64,000 nucleotides of DNA, from assembly GCA_041746105.1 (NCBI GenBank), contig JBGTHP010000003.1:78163-142162 (forward strand). Reading direction: 5' to 3'. The DNA is from Acidimicrobiia bacterium. GTDB taxonomy: Bacteria > Actinomycetota > Acidimicrobiia > Spongiisociales > ZC4RG35. The notes under the pieces are model-generated. The model did no database searches. It saw nothing but the letters and a program-made list of their open reading frames with translations, and had not been told where the DNA came from. Position numbers and translations under genes: made by a program. Positions 19,075-28,687 of this stretch are shown here, piece by piece (position 1 is the first letter of the stretch; every line of letters starts with the position of its first letter).

Positions 19075-20492
19075 GTTGCGTTGCTGATGGCGAGCGGATG
19101 TTCGGCCGTGCCGCCTTGACGCGTCGGGGCAAGGGGAATGTTGACTGCGAAGATCGTCTCTCCCAAGACTCGGCGGTATTCAACGCTGCCACCCATTCCC
19201 TCGATCAATGACTTCACGATCGAGAGGCCGAGACCCACGCCGCCGACAACGGCCTGCTGGAACGTGAGTGAATGGATATAACGCTGGAAGATGCGATCCT
19301 CGAGGTCCTTGGGAATGCCTGGCCCGTTGTCAACCACCAGCCACTGATAGTTGTCGCCCACCACCCATCCTCGAAGCTCCAGACGACCGCCTCCATACTT
19401 GACTCCGTTCGAAAGGAGGTTGCGGAGGACCTGGCGGAGACGGAGACGGTCGACCCACAACTCGGCGTCCGCGACGTCGATCACGATTTCGTGGCCGTTC
19501 TGCACGAACGGAGTGGTTACGGCCTCCGCTTCTTCGACTGCCGCAACGACCCTTGGCTCGAACCGGAGCTGGCCGGCCGCGAGGCGAGAAGTTGTGAGCA
19601 GGTCTTCGACCATTCTGGCGAGGTCGCTCGCCTCGCTATTGATCAACCCCAGCATTTCGCGGCTGTCTTCTGACAGAGTCCCGTCTTCCTCCAACATCTG
19701 ACCCAAACCGATGATCGCCGTGAGCGGGGTTCGGAGTTCGTGAGAGGTGTTGGCGACGAACTCATCACGCGCCTTGCCCAGTTCCTGTTCGGCCTGAAGT
19801 CTGAGCTCGAGTTCTCGCGAGCGCAACTGTCTTGCCACGAGCTCTCGATATATCAAGACCAGGGCGAGCGGGACGACCAGGGCAACGGCGAATCTGGAAA
19901 TGTCGCCGAGGCGGGCGCTGAGGGAGTCGGTGGCAAGAATCCGATCGAGGACCACGGAGCGGCGTTCTTCGATCTCTTGGGCAGCCACGTTGAAAGCAGT
20001 CACCAACCCTTCCTCGGCAATGGTCTGGCCGGCGGGATCATTGGCATTCACCAATCCCACGACCTTCTCTGCGAGGTCGATGAACTCGCGAGTTGCCCCA
20101 AGATCTTCCGAAGGAATGTCGGCGAGGTATCGCCTCAGCGACTGGATGACTTCCGTGGTCGACGCCGTCGCCTGGGCCGTGGAGTCTCCGATGTCCAAAC
20201 CGAGGTTGCGTTCGAGCGAATCGAAATGAACCGCATTGGCGCTTCCCGACCTTACGACCGTGATGAGGCGGAGGGCTTCTCCGTATCCGTGGAGTTCCTT
20301 GCTGTCTCCCGAAATCCTGGCGGTGGCGGTGGTGATGGCAAAAACCGCGGCGGAGATCGCAAGAAGGGTCATGCCGACCAGGGTCGTGATGAGCCAGGCT
20401 CGTTGCTGTTTCGAATTACTCAACGTATCCGCCGTTTCACTGTCGGCCGGCCTGCCCGCCGTTCTTATCGGCACCGAGGGGGCAAAGGTCAA
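19071..20492 (-). CDS. Membrane sensor histidine kinase (2 TM, HisKA, HATPase), orphan in this window
   Basis: H-box 'SHELRTPLT', N-box 'NLLSNGVKY', 'DNGPGI', 'GVGLGL'. Confidence 0.92.
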   Translation of the reverse strand: MTFAPSVPIRTAGRPADSETADTLSNSKQQRAWLITTLVGMTLLAISAAVFAITTATARISGDSKELHGYGEALRLITVVRSGSANAVHFDSLERNLGLDIGDSTAQATASTTEVIQSLRRYLADIPSEDLGATREFIDLAEKVVGLVNANDPAGQTIAEEGLVTAFNVAAQEIEERRSVVLDRILATDSLSARLGDISRFAVALVVPLALVLIYRELVARQLRSRELELRLQAEQELGKARDEFVANTSHELRTPLTAIIGLGQMLEEDGTLSEDSREMLGLINSEASDLARMVEDLLTTSRLAAGQLRFEPRVVAAVEEAEAVTTPFVQNGHEIVIDVADAELWVDRLRLRQVLRNLLSNGVKYGGGRLELRGWVVGDNYQWLVVDNGPGIPKDLEDRIFQRYIHSLTFQQAVVGGVGLGLSIVKSLIEGMGGSVEYRRVLGETIFAVNIPLAPTRQGGTAEHPLAISNAT

Positions 20493-20969
20493 GTGATGGT
20501 GGTGACTATTGGTGACGGTCTACGAAGTAGCTAGTCCGAAGACAGTGTAGTGACAGTGTATATACATAAATCAGGGTTCAGCAGTGCAAATAGGCTGGAT
20601 TTCGGGCCCTCAACCGAGTTTGAACCAGAATTGCGTCACCGTCGACATGAGCGCTTCGGCGTCATATCGAGATCATGACCACCAACAGCCATGCGCTGGC
20701 GTTTTCAATCATGCCAACTAGAGGGCCTGGGTCCGATCCGAATCCATGGTCTTCGAGGCCCCCTGTACGGGTGTGATGTCGTCGCAATCGTCGAGGTGTC
20801 AGTCACCAAACCCCTTGATCCAGTCCTGAGCGAGGGACTCGCGCACCTTGGCACTACCGAATCCCGGCAACCAGAGCCATAGACAGAATCTCGGGAGGGG
20901 CGGAACCTTTCGACGTCGGTTCGCATCTCATCTGAAGAACTACATTGTCGAACAGGATGAGGTTTGGTA

Positions 20970-21767
20970 ATGACTAGGCGGCTTGCTCTGCTCGCTTTGG
21001 CACTGATGGTTGCCGCGTGTGGACCCGGATCGATTGCGACAACCCAGCCCCAGCCTCCCTCCTCCTCGGTTCCGGCTCCGGGATCGACCACAACTGTCGA
21101 CCCCCCCGGCGTCGGCGTCCCCACTCTGACGGTTTGGGGTAGCTCGCAGCGGCTCACTCGCACCGGGGCCGTTCGTATTTCTGGCACAGTGAGCGAGCCG
21201 GCGGTGATATCGATATCCGACGGCGCCGTGCTCACGGACTCCGACCAGTGGTGGGCCGATCTCGAGCTCGAACCAGGTGCACACGAGGTCGTGATCGCTG
21301 CCGAAGATGTCGACGGAAATCAAGTCGAGGCCACAGTCGATGTTGTCGTCGACCCGAGCCTGGAAGAAGTTCTCGCCTATATCGGTGACTTTGACGGTGA
21401 AAAGCTGATGGCGGACGTCGTCGAGTGGTTCACCGGCGACGAGGCAACGGCCGCGGCACGAGAAGATGGTGTCATCGGAGAGGGAGAGACCGTCCCCAAC
21501 GACTTCTACATCCGCAATTCGGATCCATCCCTCGTATCGATCGAAGTGGCGCCGACTGCTCCCGTCGTCCTCCAAACCTGTTTCATCGACGGACCTTGCG
21601 TTGTCGAGACACCGGTTGACCTCGACCAATGGGCGCGCCTCCTGGCGGAGGACGCACCCGGAGGTCTTGCGGAAAACTGGCAGTGGTATGGCGGCGGAGC
21701 CCTGCCCTACTGGCTCGTCTTGAGTGATGGAGTTGTAGTCCAGGTGACGGAGCAATACCTGCCCTGA
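20970..21767 (+). CDS. Lipoprotein of unknown function
   Basis: Lipobox 'MVAAC'; Pro/Thr linker; Ig-like segment; 'NDFYIRN' and C-terminal 'EQYLP' motifs seen in actinobacterial lipoproteins. Confidence 0.8.
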   Translation: MTRRLALLALALMVAACGPGSIATTQPQPPSSSVPAPGSTTTVDPPGVGVPTLTVWGSSQRLTRTGAVRISGTVSEPAVISISDGAVLTDSDQWWADLELEPGAHEVVIAAEDVDGNQVEATVDVVVDPSLEEVLAYIGDFDGEKLMADVVEWFTGDEATAAAREDGVIGEGETVPNDFYIRNSDPSLVSIEVAPTAPVVLQTCFIDGPCVVETPVDLDQWARLLAEDAPGGLAENWQWYGGGALPYWLVLSDGVVVQVTEQYLP

Positions 21768-21777
21768 TCGGTTTTTG

Positions 21778-21990
21778 TCACTCGCCGATGAGGCGCAGCG
21801 TCTCGATGGCCGCGTCGCGAGTCACTCGCGAGATGGCGTATCCCGAGTGGACAACGACGTAATCGCCGACCTCGACTTCCGGCAACATCACCAAACTCAC
21901 CAACACGGTTCGATCAGGCGAAAATCTGACCGTGGCCAACGCGTTCTCTGGATCGGCATCGAGCACTTCGCCGGGGATGGCAACACACAT
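21778..21990 (-). CDS. hypC: Hydrogenase maturation chaperone HypC/HupF
   Basis: 'MCVAIPG' (Cys2) and 'VGDYVVVHSGYAI'. Confidence 0.93.
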   Translation of the reverse strand: MCVAIPGEVLDADPENALATVRFSPDRTVLVSLVMLPEVEVGDYVVVHSGYAISRVTRDAAIETLRLIGE

Positions 21991-22421
21991 CATCGGGTCC
22001 CTGATTCGAGATCCGATATCACCGACTCAACCGCCCGCTTGACCGGATTCGTAATTGCGACGCCCCACTCGAAGGTGCCGGCTTCGATGGCGATGATCGT
22101 CAGTTTGCCGGGCAGTCTGCCGAGCCGGCGTGCGATTTCTACGGTTTCTGACACGCCGAACCCGTGTGTCGATGAGGGTGTGTTGGCTGGGAGCGGATCG
22201 ACCAGCGCATTCAACCGGACAACTGTTCCCGGCGGTCGCCCCGATTTCATGGCGTCAACCACCACAACGTCGTCACTGAGTTCGAACAACTCGAGGAGGT
22301 CAGAACAGTCTCGCCTGTCGAGCGCACCCTGGGAGTCGAGTCCTCGTGCCACCATGACCCCGGCTCCGTCGTCACCCCGGTCCACGTTGCCAATCCCGAC
22401 CACCAGGCGCGACGCTTTCAC
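21990..22421 (-). CDS. Hydrogenase maturation endopeptidase
   Basis: 'VGIGNVDRGDDGAG', 'VVVDA', 'STHGFG'; GTGA overlap with the large subunit. Confidence 0.92.
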   Translation of the reverse strand: MKASRLVVGIGNVDRGDDGAGVMVARGLDSQGALDRRDCSDLLELFELSDDVVVVDAMKSGRPPGTVVRLNALVDPLPANTPSSTHGFGVSETVEIARRLGRLPGKLTIIAIEAGTFEWGVAITNPVKRAVESVISDLESGTR

Positions 22422-23710
22422 AACCTCTCCACGGACAGGTCTAGGAAGTGGGTGGCACATGAGATGCAGGGGTCGTAGTTGCGGATTGCCTGCTCCAACT
22501 GCCATTTCAAATCGGCGTCGCTCAGTTGGGTCCTTCCGGGGACGTACGCCCTCAGGTCCTCTTCGATGCTGAGTTGATTCTGGGAGGTGGGTGGAACTAT
22601 TTGGGCTTTTCTGATCAGGCCTGCGTCGTCGATTTCGTAGCGGTGGTACAAGAGTCCGCGAGGCGCCTCGGATACTCCGTGACCGACGCTCGCCCGTGGG
22701 CGTACCTCAACGGATGGTTGGTCAGGCCGGCTGTAGCTCTCGATGATGGCCACGGCCTCTTCGAAGGCAAAGACCAGCTCAACCGCCCTCACCACAATGC
22801 TCTTGTAGGGATTGGTGCAGGTAGCGCCGAGTCCTGCTTGTTCCGCTGCCTCTTTGGCTCTTGGGGTCAGCTGTGAGGAGTTGAGGCTGTAGCGCGCCAT
22901 CGGCCCGACGTGATAAGAACCGCGTTGCTTGATTCGGGCATGGAGCGCATTCGACCATTCAACGTGCTCCTCCTCGAACGTCTCTGGCCATTCCTCGGCG
23001 GAGATGTCCATGCCGAAATTCGAGATGATTCGGCCCTGGTGGATCGCGTACTCGTCGCGATGGTGCAGGGCCACGTACTCGTATTGGCGCTCGAATTTGG
23101 GAAATGGGAAGCCTGCGACCCAGTTGACCGTCTGAACCGCGGCCTCGAGACCCCAGCGCAGGTCGTCGAGAAGAGCCCCGAGTTCTGTCCTGGTGGGGAC
23201 TCTAAAGAAGCCGCCCACTTTGACGTTGACTGGGTGGATCTCCCTGCCCCCCAGGACCGTCATGAGGTGGTTGCCGATCTTCTTCAGGCGTAGACCGTCG
23301 GCGATCTGTTGGGGAAAATCCTCGGCCATGGCGATGCCGCTCTCGTAGCCAAGGAAGTCAGGGGCGTGGAGAAAGTAGATGTGGAGTCCATGACTCTCGA
23401 TCCACTCGCCGCAGTACAGAAGCCGACGCAGGCGTTGCAGGGCAGGCGGTATCTCGACACCGGCGGCGGCCTCCATCGCGTTGCACGAACTCGTCTGATA
23501 GGCGACGGGGCAGATTCCACAAATACGAGCGGTGATGTCTGGCGCTTCGGTTGAATGGCGGCCTTCTAGCAGAGCTTCGAAGAATCTAGGGGGCTCGAAG
23601 ATCTTGAATCGGAGGTCAACCACCTCGTCGTCCTTGAGTTTGAGATACATCGCTCCTTCGCCTTCGACGCGGGCGAGATAGTCGACAGCCAGCTCTCTTT
23701 CATTGTGCAT
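22418..23710 (-). CDS. hyhL: Group 3b [NiFe]-hydrogenase large (alpha) subunit
   Basis: 'ARVEGEG', L1 'RICGIC', L2 '[10 protein letters not shown]' plus short cleavable tail. Confidence 0.95.
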   Translation of the reverse strand: MHNERELAVDYLARVEGEGAMYLKLKDDEVVDLRFKIFEPPRFFEALLEGRHSTEAPDITARICGICPVAYQTSSCNAMEAAAGVEIPPALQRLRRLLYCGEWIESHGLHIYFLHAPDFLGYESGIAMAEDFPQQIADGLRLKKIGNHLMTVLGGREIHPVNVKVGGFFRVPTRTELGALLDDLRWGLEAAVQTVNWVAGFPFPKFERQYEYVALHHRDEYAIHQGRIISNFGMDISAEEWPETFEEEHVEWSNALHARIKQRGSYHVGPMARYSLNSSQLTPRAKEAAEQAGLGATCTNPYKSIVVRAVELVFAFEEAVAIIESYSRPDQPSVEVRPRASVGHGVSEAPRGLLYHRYEIDDAGLIRKAQIVPPTSQNQLSIEEDLRAYVPGRTQLSDADLKWQLEQAIRNYDPCISCATHFLDLSVERL

Positions 23711-24473
23711 AACGTTCGCTGGCCTCTCTGAACTCGGGGGCGTAGGCGTTGAATGTGCGCAAACTCCTCACCAGGTCGGGGACCGGAACTCCGAGATCGC
23801 CCCACCAGTCGGCGAGGGCGGTCACGTTGGGGGACTCGGCCGGTCCAAAACATCCGTAACAACCGCGGTCGTACGCCGGGCAGATTGCTCCACACCCGGC
23901 CTGGGTGACAGGGCCGAGACATGGGATCCCTTCCCTCACCATCACGCACGGGGTACCTCGCGCCTTGCATTCCATGCAAACGCTGTCGGTAGCGATCGCC
24001 GGTCGACGTTCTTGGAGAAAAGCGAGCAGGACTTCTATCAGCTGAGCCTTGGAAATCGGGCAGCCCCTCAGTTCGAAGTCCACTACGACGTGATCCGAGA
24101 TCGGGGTCGAAGTATCGAGGGTGCTGATGTATGCCGGCTCCGCATAAACGATGGAGGTGAACTCGCTCACATCTGCCCAGTTGCGGAGAGCCTGGATGCC
24201 CCCTGCCGTTGCGCAGGCGCCGATGGTGACAAGGTGTTTGGACTGGACTCGGATGTCCTGGATCCTTTCCGCGTCGTGAGGGGTTGTGATCGAGCCTTCG
24301 ACTAGAGAAAGGTCATACGGACCAGCAAGCTCTGCTCTGGTGGCTTCGGGGAAATAGGCGATTTCGACCGCTCCGGCAATGGCCAGGAGTTCGTCTTCGC
24401 AGTCGAGCAGGCTGAGCTGGCAGCCGTCACACGATGCAAACTTCCAAACGGCGAGCTTTGGTTTGTTCGTCAT
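23700..24473 (-). CDS. hyhS: Group 3b [NiFe]-hydrogenase small (delta) subunit
   Basis: 'KFASCDGCQ', 'GACA..GG', 'GCP', 'CLGPVT.AGC...CP....GCYGC'. Confidence 0.95.
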   Translation of the reverse strand: MTNKPKLAVWKFASCDGCQLSLLDCEDELLAIAGAVEIAYFPEATRAELAGPYDLSLVEGSITTPHDAERIQDIRVQSKHLVTIGACATAGGIQALRNWADVSEFTSIVYAEPAYISTLDTSTPISDHVVVDFELRGCPISKAQLIEVLLAFLQERRPAIATDSVCMECKARGTPCVMVREGIPCLGPVTQAGCGAICPAYDRGCYGCFGPAESPNVTALADWWGDLGVPVPDLVRSLRTFNAYAPEFREASERYAQ

Positions 24474-25318
24474 ATTTCGTCCACGGTCAAACGGTTGCCA
24501 AAAGCGGAGAACGAGCCGATCGGGCCGCTCTTGCATATGAAGTCAGAACCGTATTGACAGTGACCGCAGAAGCCGACACCACATTTCATGTTGCGTTCGA
24601 TACTCATGAAGATCCGATCGGGAGCCACACCGACATCCCGCATTTCGCGGGCAACCACCCGCATCATCACTTCCGGTCCGCACACGAAGGCCGTCGTCAG
24701 TGGTGGATCGAATCCGACTCGAGGGAGGAGTCTGGTCACGACCCCGACGTCCCCCCACCAATCAGACGGAGCCCGGTCCACGGTCACTTCGACCTCGATC
24801 TCGGAAGACGCCTCCCATCCGAGCAAATCGTCCTTGTAGAGGATATCGGCCGGGGTCCGAGCGCCGTACAGGAGCGAAAGGTTCCGAATCTCGGAGCGAC
24901 GAGCCAGGGCTTCGATGATTGCAGGACGGAGCGGGGCGAGGCCAATACCTCCGGCAACGATGACCAGGTCGCGTCCCACCGCCTCATCCAGCGGCCAGCC
25001 GGTTCCATATGGTCCGCGGATTCCGACAACGTCGGGGGGTTGGAGGCCGCAGATCGCGTTGGTTACTGCCCCGACCGCACGTACCGTTTGCACGAGAGTG
25101 CGAGGGACGCGGGGATTCCCGCTTATCGAGATCGGGACTTCACCCACCCCGAAAACGTACATCATCATGAACTGGCCTGGTTCGAACCGGGTGGGCGCCC
25201 CGTTCATCGCTTCCAACACGAGTGTGACCGTGTCGGATGTTTCTTTCGAGACGGAGATCACCCTGAACGGGATCGGGAGCATGGCTTCGATGGGTGCCAG
25301 AGGTGCCAGGGCGGTCAT
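24470..25318 (-). CDS. hyhG: Group 3b hydrogenase gamma subunit (FAD/NAD(P)-binding, 2Fe-2S)
   Basis: 'PGQF.M....[10 protein letters not shown]', 'RGPYG', 'AGGIGLAP', 'CGP', '[14 protein letters not shown]'. Confidence 0.93.
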   Translation of the reverse strand: MTALAPLAPIEAMLPIPFRVISVSKETSDTVTLVLEAMNGAPTRFEPGQFMMMYVFGVGEVPISISGNPRVPRTLVQTVRAVGAVTNAICGLQPPDVVGIRGPYGTGWPLDEAVGRDLVIVAGGIGLAPLRPAIIEALARRSEIRNLSLLYGARTPADILYKDDLLGWEASSEIEVEVTVDRAPSDWWGDVGVVTRLLPRVGFDPPLTTAFVCGPEVMMRVVAREMRDVGVAPDRIFMSIERNMKCGVGFCGHCQYGSDFICKSGPIGSFSAFGNRLTVDEI

Positions 25319-25776
25319 TCGTCGCCGCCCGGGTAGATATCGAGGAGGCGCATCCGGGTGGCATGAAGCCTGCGCACGGCTTCGGCGGCCACCGCTTGGT
25401 ACATATGGAGAGCCAGATCGGCGTCTGAGGCGCACCTATTCCGAAGTGATTCTGCATCGAACGCGAGAAGGGTTGTGTGTGTCAGTGAGCGCGCACGCCA
25501 ACTCCACCTATGTGGTGGAAAGAGCCAGCTCAATCCGAGCATGTCGCCGGAGCCGAGGGTTTCGATGAGCGCGGGCGGGCCGGTATGGAGAGATATCTCC
25601 AGACCTACCTTCCCAGAAGCCACCAGGTAGAACGTGTCTGCCGGGCCGTCCTCTTCGAAGATCAAGGATCCCGGTTCGAATGTCGTTTCTCGTCCTACCG
25701 CCTCCATGAACGAAGCGCTTGATGGTGGGAGCCCGCGGAGGATCGGTGAGTTACGTTTGAGTTCTTGAACGGTCAT
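25315..25776 (-). CDS. Stand-alone cyclic nucleotide-binding (cNMP/Crp effector) domain protein
   Basis: '[25 protein letters not shown]', '[11 protein letters not shown]'; no HTH; 4-nt overlaps on both sides. Confidence 0.88.
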   Translation of the reverse strand: MTVQELKRNSPILRGLPPSSASFMEAVGRETTFEPGSLIFEEDGPADTFYLVASGKVGLEISLHTGPPALIETLGSGDMLGLSWLFPPHRWSWRARSLTHTTLLAFDAESLRNRCASDADLALHMYQAVAAEAVRRLHATRMRLLDIYPGGDE

Positions 25777-26882
25777 GCCAGAAGCTCCTCGCCTATTGCG
25801 GCCACCTCTTCTCTGATATCGATGCCGACAGGGCACCACGTGATGCATCGCCCGCAACCGACACATCCCGACGTACCGAATTGGTCGTGCCAGGTGGCGA
25901 GCTTGTGGGTCATCCACTGCCGATAGCGCGAAAGGGATGATGAACGCACTGCGTGGCCATGGAGGCCAGAGAAGTCCAGGCTGAAACATGAGTCCCACTT
26001 GCGGGTTCGGATTGCTTCTCCATCCAGCGTCACGGCGTCGGTGGTGGTGGTGCAGAAGCACGTCGGGCAGGCCATTGTGCAATTTCCACAAGTGAGGCAC
26101 CGTTGCGCGACTTCGGCCCAACGCGGATGATCGGGTTGGTTGACCAAGAGGTCGCGGATGCCTGAAGTAGACATCGCCCGTCCCATCATTTTTTCGGCTT
26201 TGGTGACTGCGAGATCGGCGTTGGTCTTGTCTTCGGGCTGGGGGACCCGACCGTCGAGCCTGGTCAATAGTTCAATCCCCGCCAGGCTTCCAGATTCGAT
26301 CAGATATTCGACGCGATCGCCATCGATGATCTCCGTCACGACCAGGTCAAATCCAGACATGCAACGAGGACCAGTGCCCATCGATGCGCAAAAACAGTTT
26401 GCTCCGGCAACGCCACAATTGACCGCCACGATGAGCAGGTCGTTTCGGCGTGCCGAGTACGTGCGGTCGACCGTTCGAGAGCCGAGAAATACTTCGTCCT
26501 GGATCGCAATGGCCGCCAGTTCGCACGCCCTGACACCGATGAAAGCCATGCGATGGGTTTCCGGGTCACTCTGGGAGAACTGGAGTGTGCCGTCCCGTCG
26601 TCGGATTCTGACCAGCTCGACGGCGGGCGGGTGGAGGAACCGTTTCCAGCTGGTTGGACCGACGTTGTATGAAAAGCGGGAGGAGTCCCCGGTCTTCTCC
26701 AAGCGGTAGGAGCCCGGTCCCTGGACGTCGGTCCAGCCGAGAGGAAGGTCTGACCCCGAATCGATTCGGGCGAGGACGATGGCGTTGTCGGTGAGGCTGG
26801 GCCCGATCACCGAGTAGCCGTCGTCCTTGAGAGTTCGGATCAGGTCGTCTAAGCCCTTCGCGGATACGACTAGAGCCGTCAT
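25773..26882 (-). CDS. hyhB: Group 3b hydrogenase beta subunit (4Fe-4S dicluster)
   Basis: '[16 protein letters not shown]' and '[16 protein letters not shown]'. Confidence 0.94.
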   Translation of the reverse strand: MTALVVSAKGLDDLIRTLKDDGYSVIGPSLTDNAIVLARIDSGSDLPLGWTDVQGPGSYRLEKTGDSSRFSYNVGPTSWKRFLHPPAVELVRIRRRDGTLQFSQSDPETHRMAFIGVRACELAAIAIQDEVFLGSRTVDRTYSARRNDLLIVAVNCGVAGANCFCASMGTGPRCMSGFDLVVTEIIDGDRVEYLIESGSLAGIELLTRLDGRVPQPEDKTNADLAVTKAEKMMGRAMSTSGIRDLLVNQPDHPRWAEVAQRCLTCGNCTMACPTCFCTTTTDAVTLDGEAIRTRKWDSCFSLDFSGLHGHAVRSSSLSRYRQWMTHKLATWHDQFGTSGCVGCGRCITWCPVGIDIREEVAAIGEELLA

Positions 26883-26889
26883 GATCTCG

Positions 26890-26935
26890 ACGCTACGAGA
26901 GACCAGGTCGGTTGATTAGGGCCTAACGACTCTCC
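26890..26935 (-). promoter_or_regulatory. DosR/DevR-like box (+ strand TTAGGGCCTAACGACTCTCC, 26916-26935) plus leaderless -10 TAGCGT (26890-26895)
   Basis: Resembles the DosR consensus TTSGGGACTWWAGTCCCSAA; centred about 43 nt upstream of the hyhB ATG; the -10 lies 7 nt before the ATG. Confidence 0.6.
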
Positions 26936-26967
26936 ACACCCGAGCGTCTCTGATGTGGAATGTGGCC

Positions 26968-27900
26968 ATGGCAACCAATAGATCGTCGCGGCGGACGGGG
27001 TTGATTTGGGCGTCGCTCACCGCTGTCATCAGCGGTGTTGCGGTGTTCTTCAACGGCTACGGAGTTCGGGCATGGGCCGAGGTCGCCGATGCCACCACTT
27101 ATACGACCGTCAAGAATGTCGTCGCAGCGCTCGCGATTGTCATCATTGGTCTGCTTTCGAAAAAACCTCGATCAGAGGTGGCGCACAAGGGCGTGCCGAC
27201 CGGGTGCGACAAGCTGATGCTGCTCCTGATAGCCGTGGTCGGCGGGGCTGTTCCGTTTGTGCTCTTCTTCGAAGGCCTTGCTCAGGCGACAGCGACTCAG
27301 GCTGCCTTCATCCACAAGTCGTTGGTGATCTGGGTTGCGATTCTTGCCTCGGTGTTTCTGCGCGAGAAGCTGGGGCCCGTTCAGTTGGTTGCAATCGGAT
27401 TGCTGATTGGTGGTCAGATCGCGATGGTCGGTGACTTGGGGGCCATTGCCTGGGCGAGAGGCGAGTGGATGATTCTTGCTGCCACCCTGATGTGGTCGGT
27501 TGAAGTGGTTGTTGCCAAGAGGGTCCTGACCAGAGTGCCTGCCCGAACCGTTGCGGCGGCTCGAATGATCGGAGGTTCGGTGCTCCTCATCGGATATGTC
27601 ATCGTCCGCGGCGTCGCAGTAGACGTCGCCGCGCTTAGAGCAGAAGATTGGGGATGGGTTCTCATCGCCGCCGGATTCCTTGCTGCATATGTCATGACCT
27701 GGTTGATGGCGCTCTCGCTGGCACCGGCGGTCGATGTCACCGCTGTGCTTGTTGCCGGCGCGGTCATTACGGCGGCGCTGCAGACCGCGGTTCGCGGTGC
27801 GGCCCTGCCGAACCCCGTGGGGCTGGTCTTGCTGATCATTGGTGTCTTTTTGGTGGCGGTCCCCTGGGTATGGCGGACACCTCGACGGCTCCCTCGATGA
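26968..27900 (+). CDS. EamA/DMT family membrane transporter
   Basis: About 10 TMs; 'LFFEGL....ATQAAFIHKSLVIWVAILA..FLREK'; start at 26953 or 26968. Confidence 0.88.
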   Translation: MATNRSSRRTGLIWASLTAVISGVAVFFNGYGVRAWAEVADATTYTTVKNVVAALAIVIIGLLSKKPRSEVAHKGVPTGCDKLMLLLIAVVGGAVPFVLFFEGLAQATATQAAFIHKSLVIWVAILASVFLREKLGPVQLVAIGLLIGGQIAMVGDLGAIAWARGEWMILAATLMWSVEVVVAKRVLTRVPARTVAAARMIGGSVLLIGYVIVRGVAVDVAALRAEDWGWVLIAAGFLAAYVMTWLMALSLAPAVDVTAVLVAGAVITAALQTAVRGAALPNPVGLVLLIIGVFLVAVPWVWRTPRRLPR

Positions 27901-28643
27901 TTTCGGGCGCCGAGCTTTTCTGCCGTTACGCCTATCCACCCAATCTCCTGGGCTACTGCGGCCCCGATGACCACAAGTTGGTGGCGGCGGTGGCCACCGG
28001 TGGGGAGATCGATCATGCCGAGATCACTCGGCTCGCAACCCGATTCGAAGGGGCATGGCCATATCTGGAGTTGATCGGGCGGGAACTAGGCCGGCCGCCG
28101 CTGAACAGGTCCGTGGTCGAGACCTATTGGATCGGGTCACCGGTCATCGGCCAGGTCGACACTCACAACTGGGGAACATCGGTTGCCGATCGCTTCAGGA
28201 AGCGGTCAGGCGGCGGGTGGGCACACGCTTCGAATGCTGTGTCGGCAGGAGGTAGTCCCAGCCATGCTTTTCACGTGTTCTGTGTGTACCCATGGGTGGG
28301 GCTGCTTCGGGGTGGTCGAGTCGGGCCTGCGCTGGAGGTTCTCGACCGCTGCCGAATCAGCTCGGGAGTTGTAGAGGCGGTCTTACCGGGGTCGGCACTG
28401 GTGCGGCGTTCGCCGCTGGAGTGGCAAAACGGCGAGCTGGTCGCCGGCACCTCGAAGGTCGAGGACTTCTACGTCCATGCAGGGACGCGCTTGGATCGAG
28501 GAGACATCGTGTCGCTTCATTGGAGGTTCGTCTGCGATCGTCTTGACCGACGCAGGATGGACTACCTCGAACGAGTCAATGATTTTCACATGGCGGTCGC
28601 CAACTCGGAGTTGCGTGTAGCGCGATTGGAGCCGGCAGGCTGA
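27897..28643 (+). CDS. DUF6390-like protein (hydrogenase-cluster associated, uncharacterised)
   Basis: 'GAELFCRYAYPPNLLGYCGP', 'FEGAWPYL', 'VVETYWIG', 'PSHAFHVFCVYPW', 'GDIVSLHW..VCD'; ATGA overlap with EamA. Confidence 0.8.
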   Translation: MISGAELFCRYAYPPNLLGYCGPDDHKLVAAVATGGEIDHAEITRLATRFEGAWPYLELIGRELGRPPLNRSVVETYWIGSPVIGQVDTHNWGTSVADRFRKRSGGGWAHASNAVSAGGSPSHAFHVFCVYPWVGLLRGGRVGPALEVLDRCRISSGVVEAVLPGSALVRRSPLEWQNGELVAGTSKVEDFYVHAGTRLDRGDIVSLHWRFVCDRLDRRRMDYLERVNDFHMAVANSELRVARLEPAG

Positions 28644-28687
28644 ACGACGGGCTACGGCTACCGCACCCACCGTTGTACGGTTGGAGC

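Noticed and set aside
22418-23710. Selenocysteine ([NiFeSe]) recoding
   Set aside because: All four Ni ligands are Cys codons and there is no in-frame TGA
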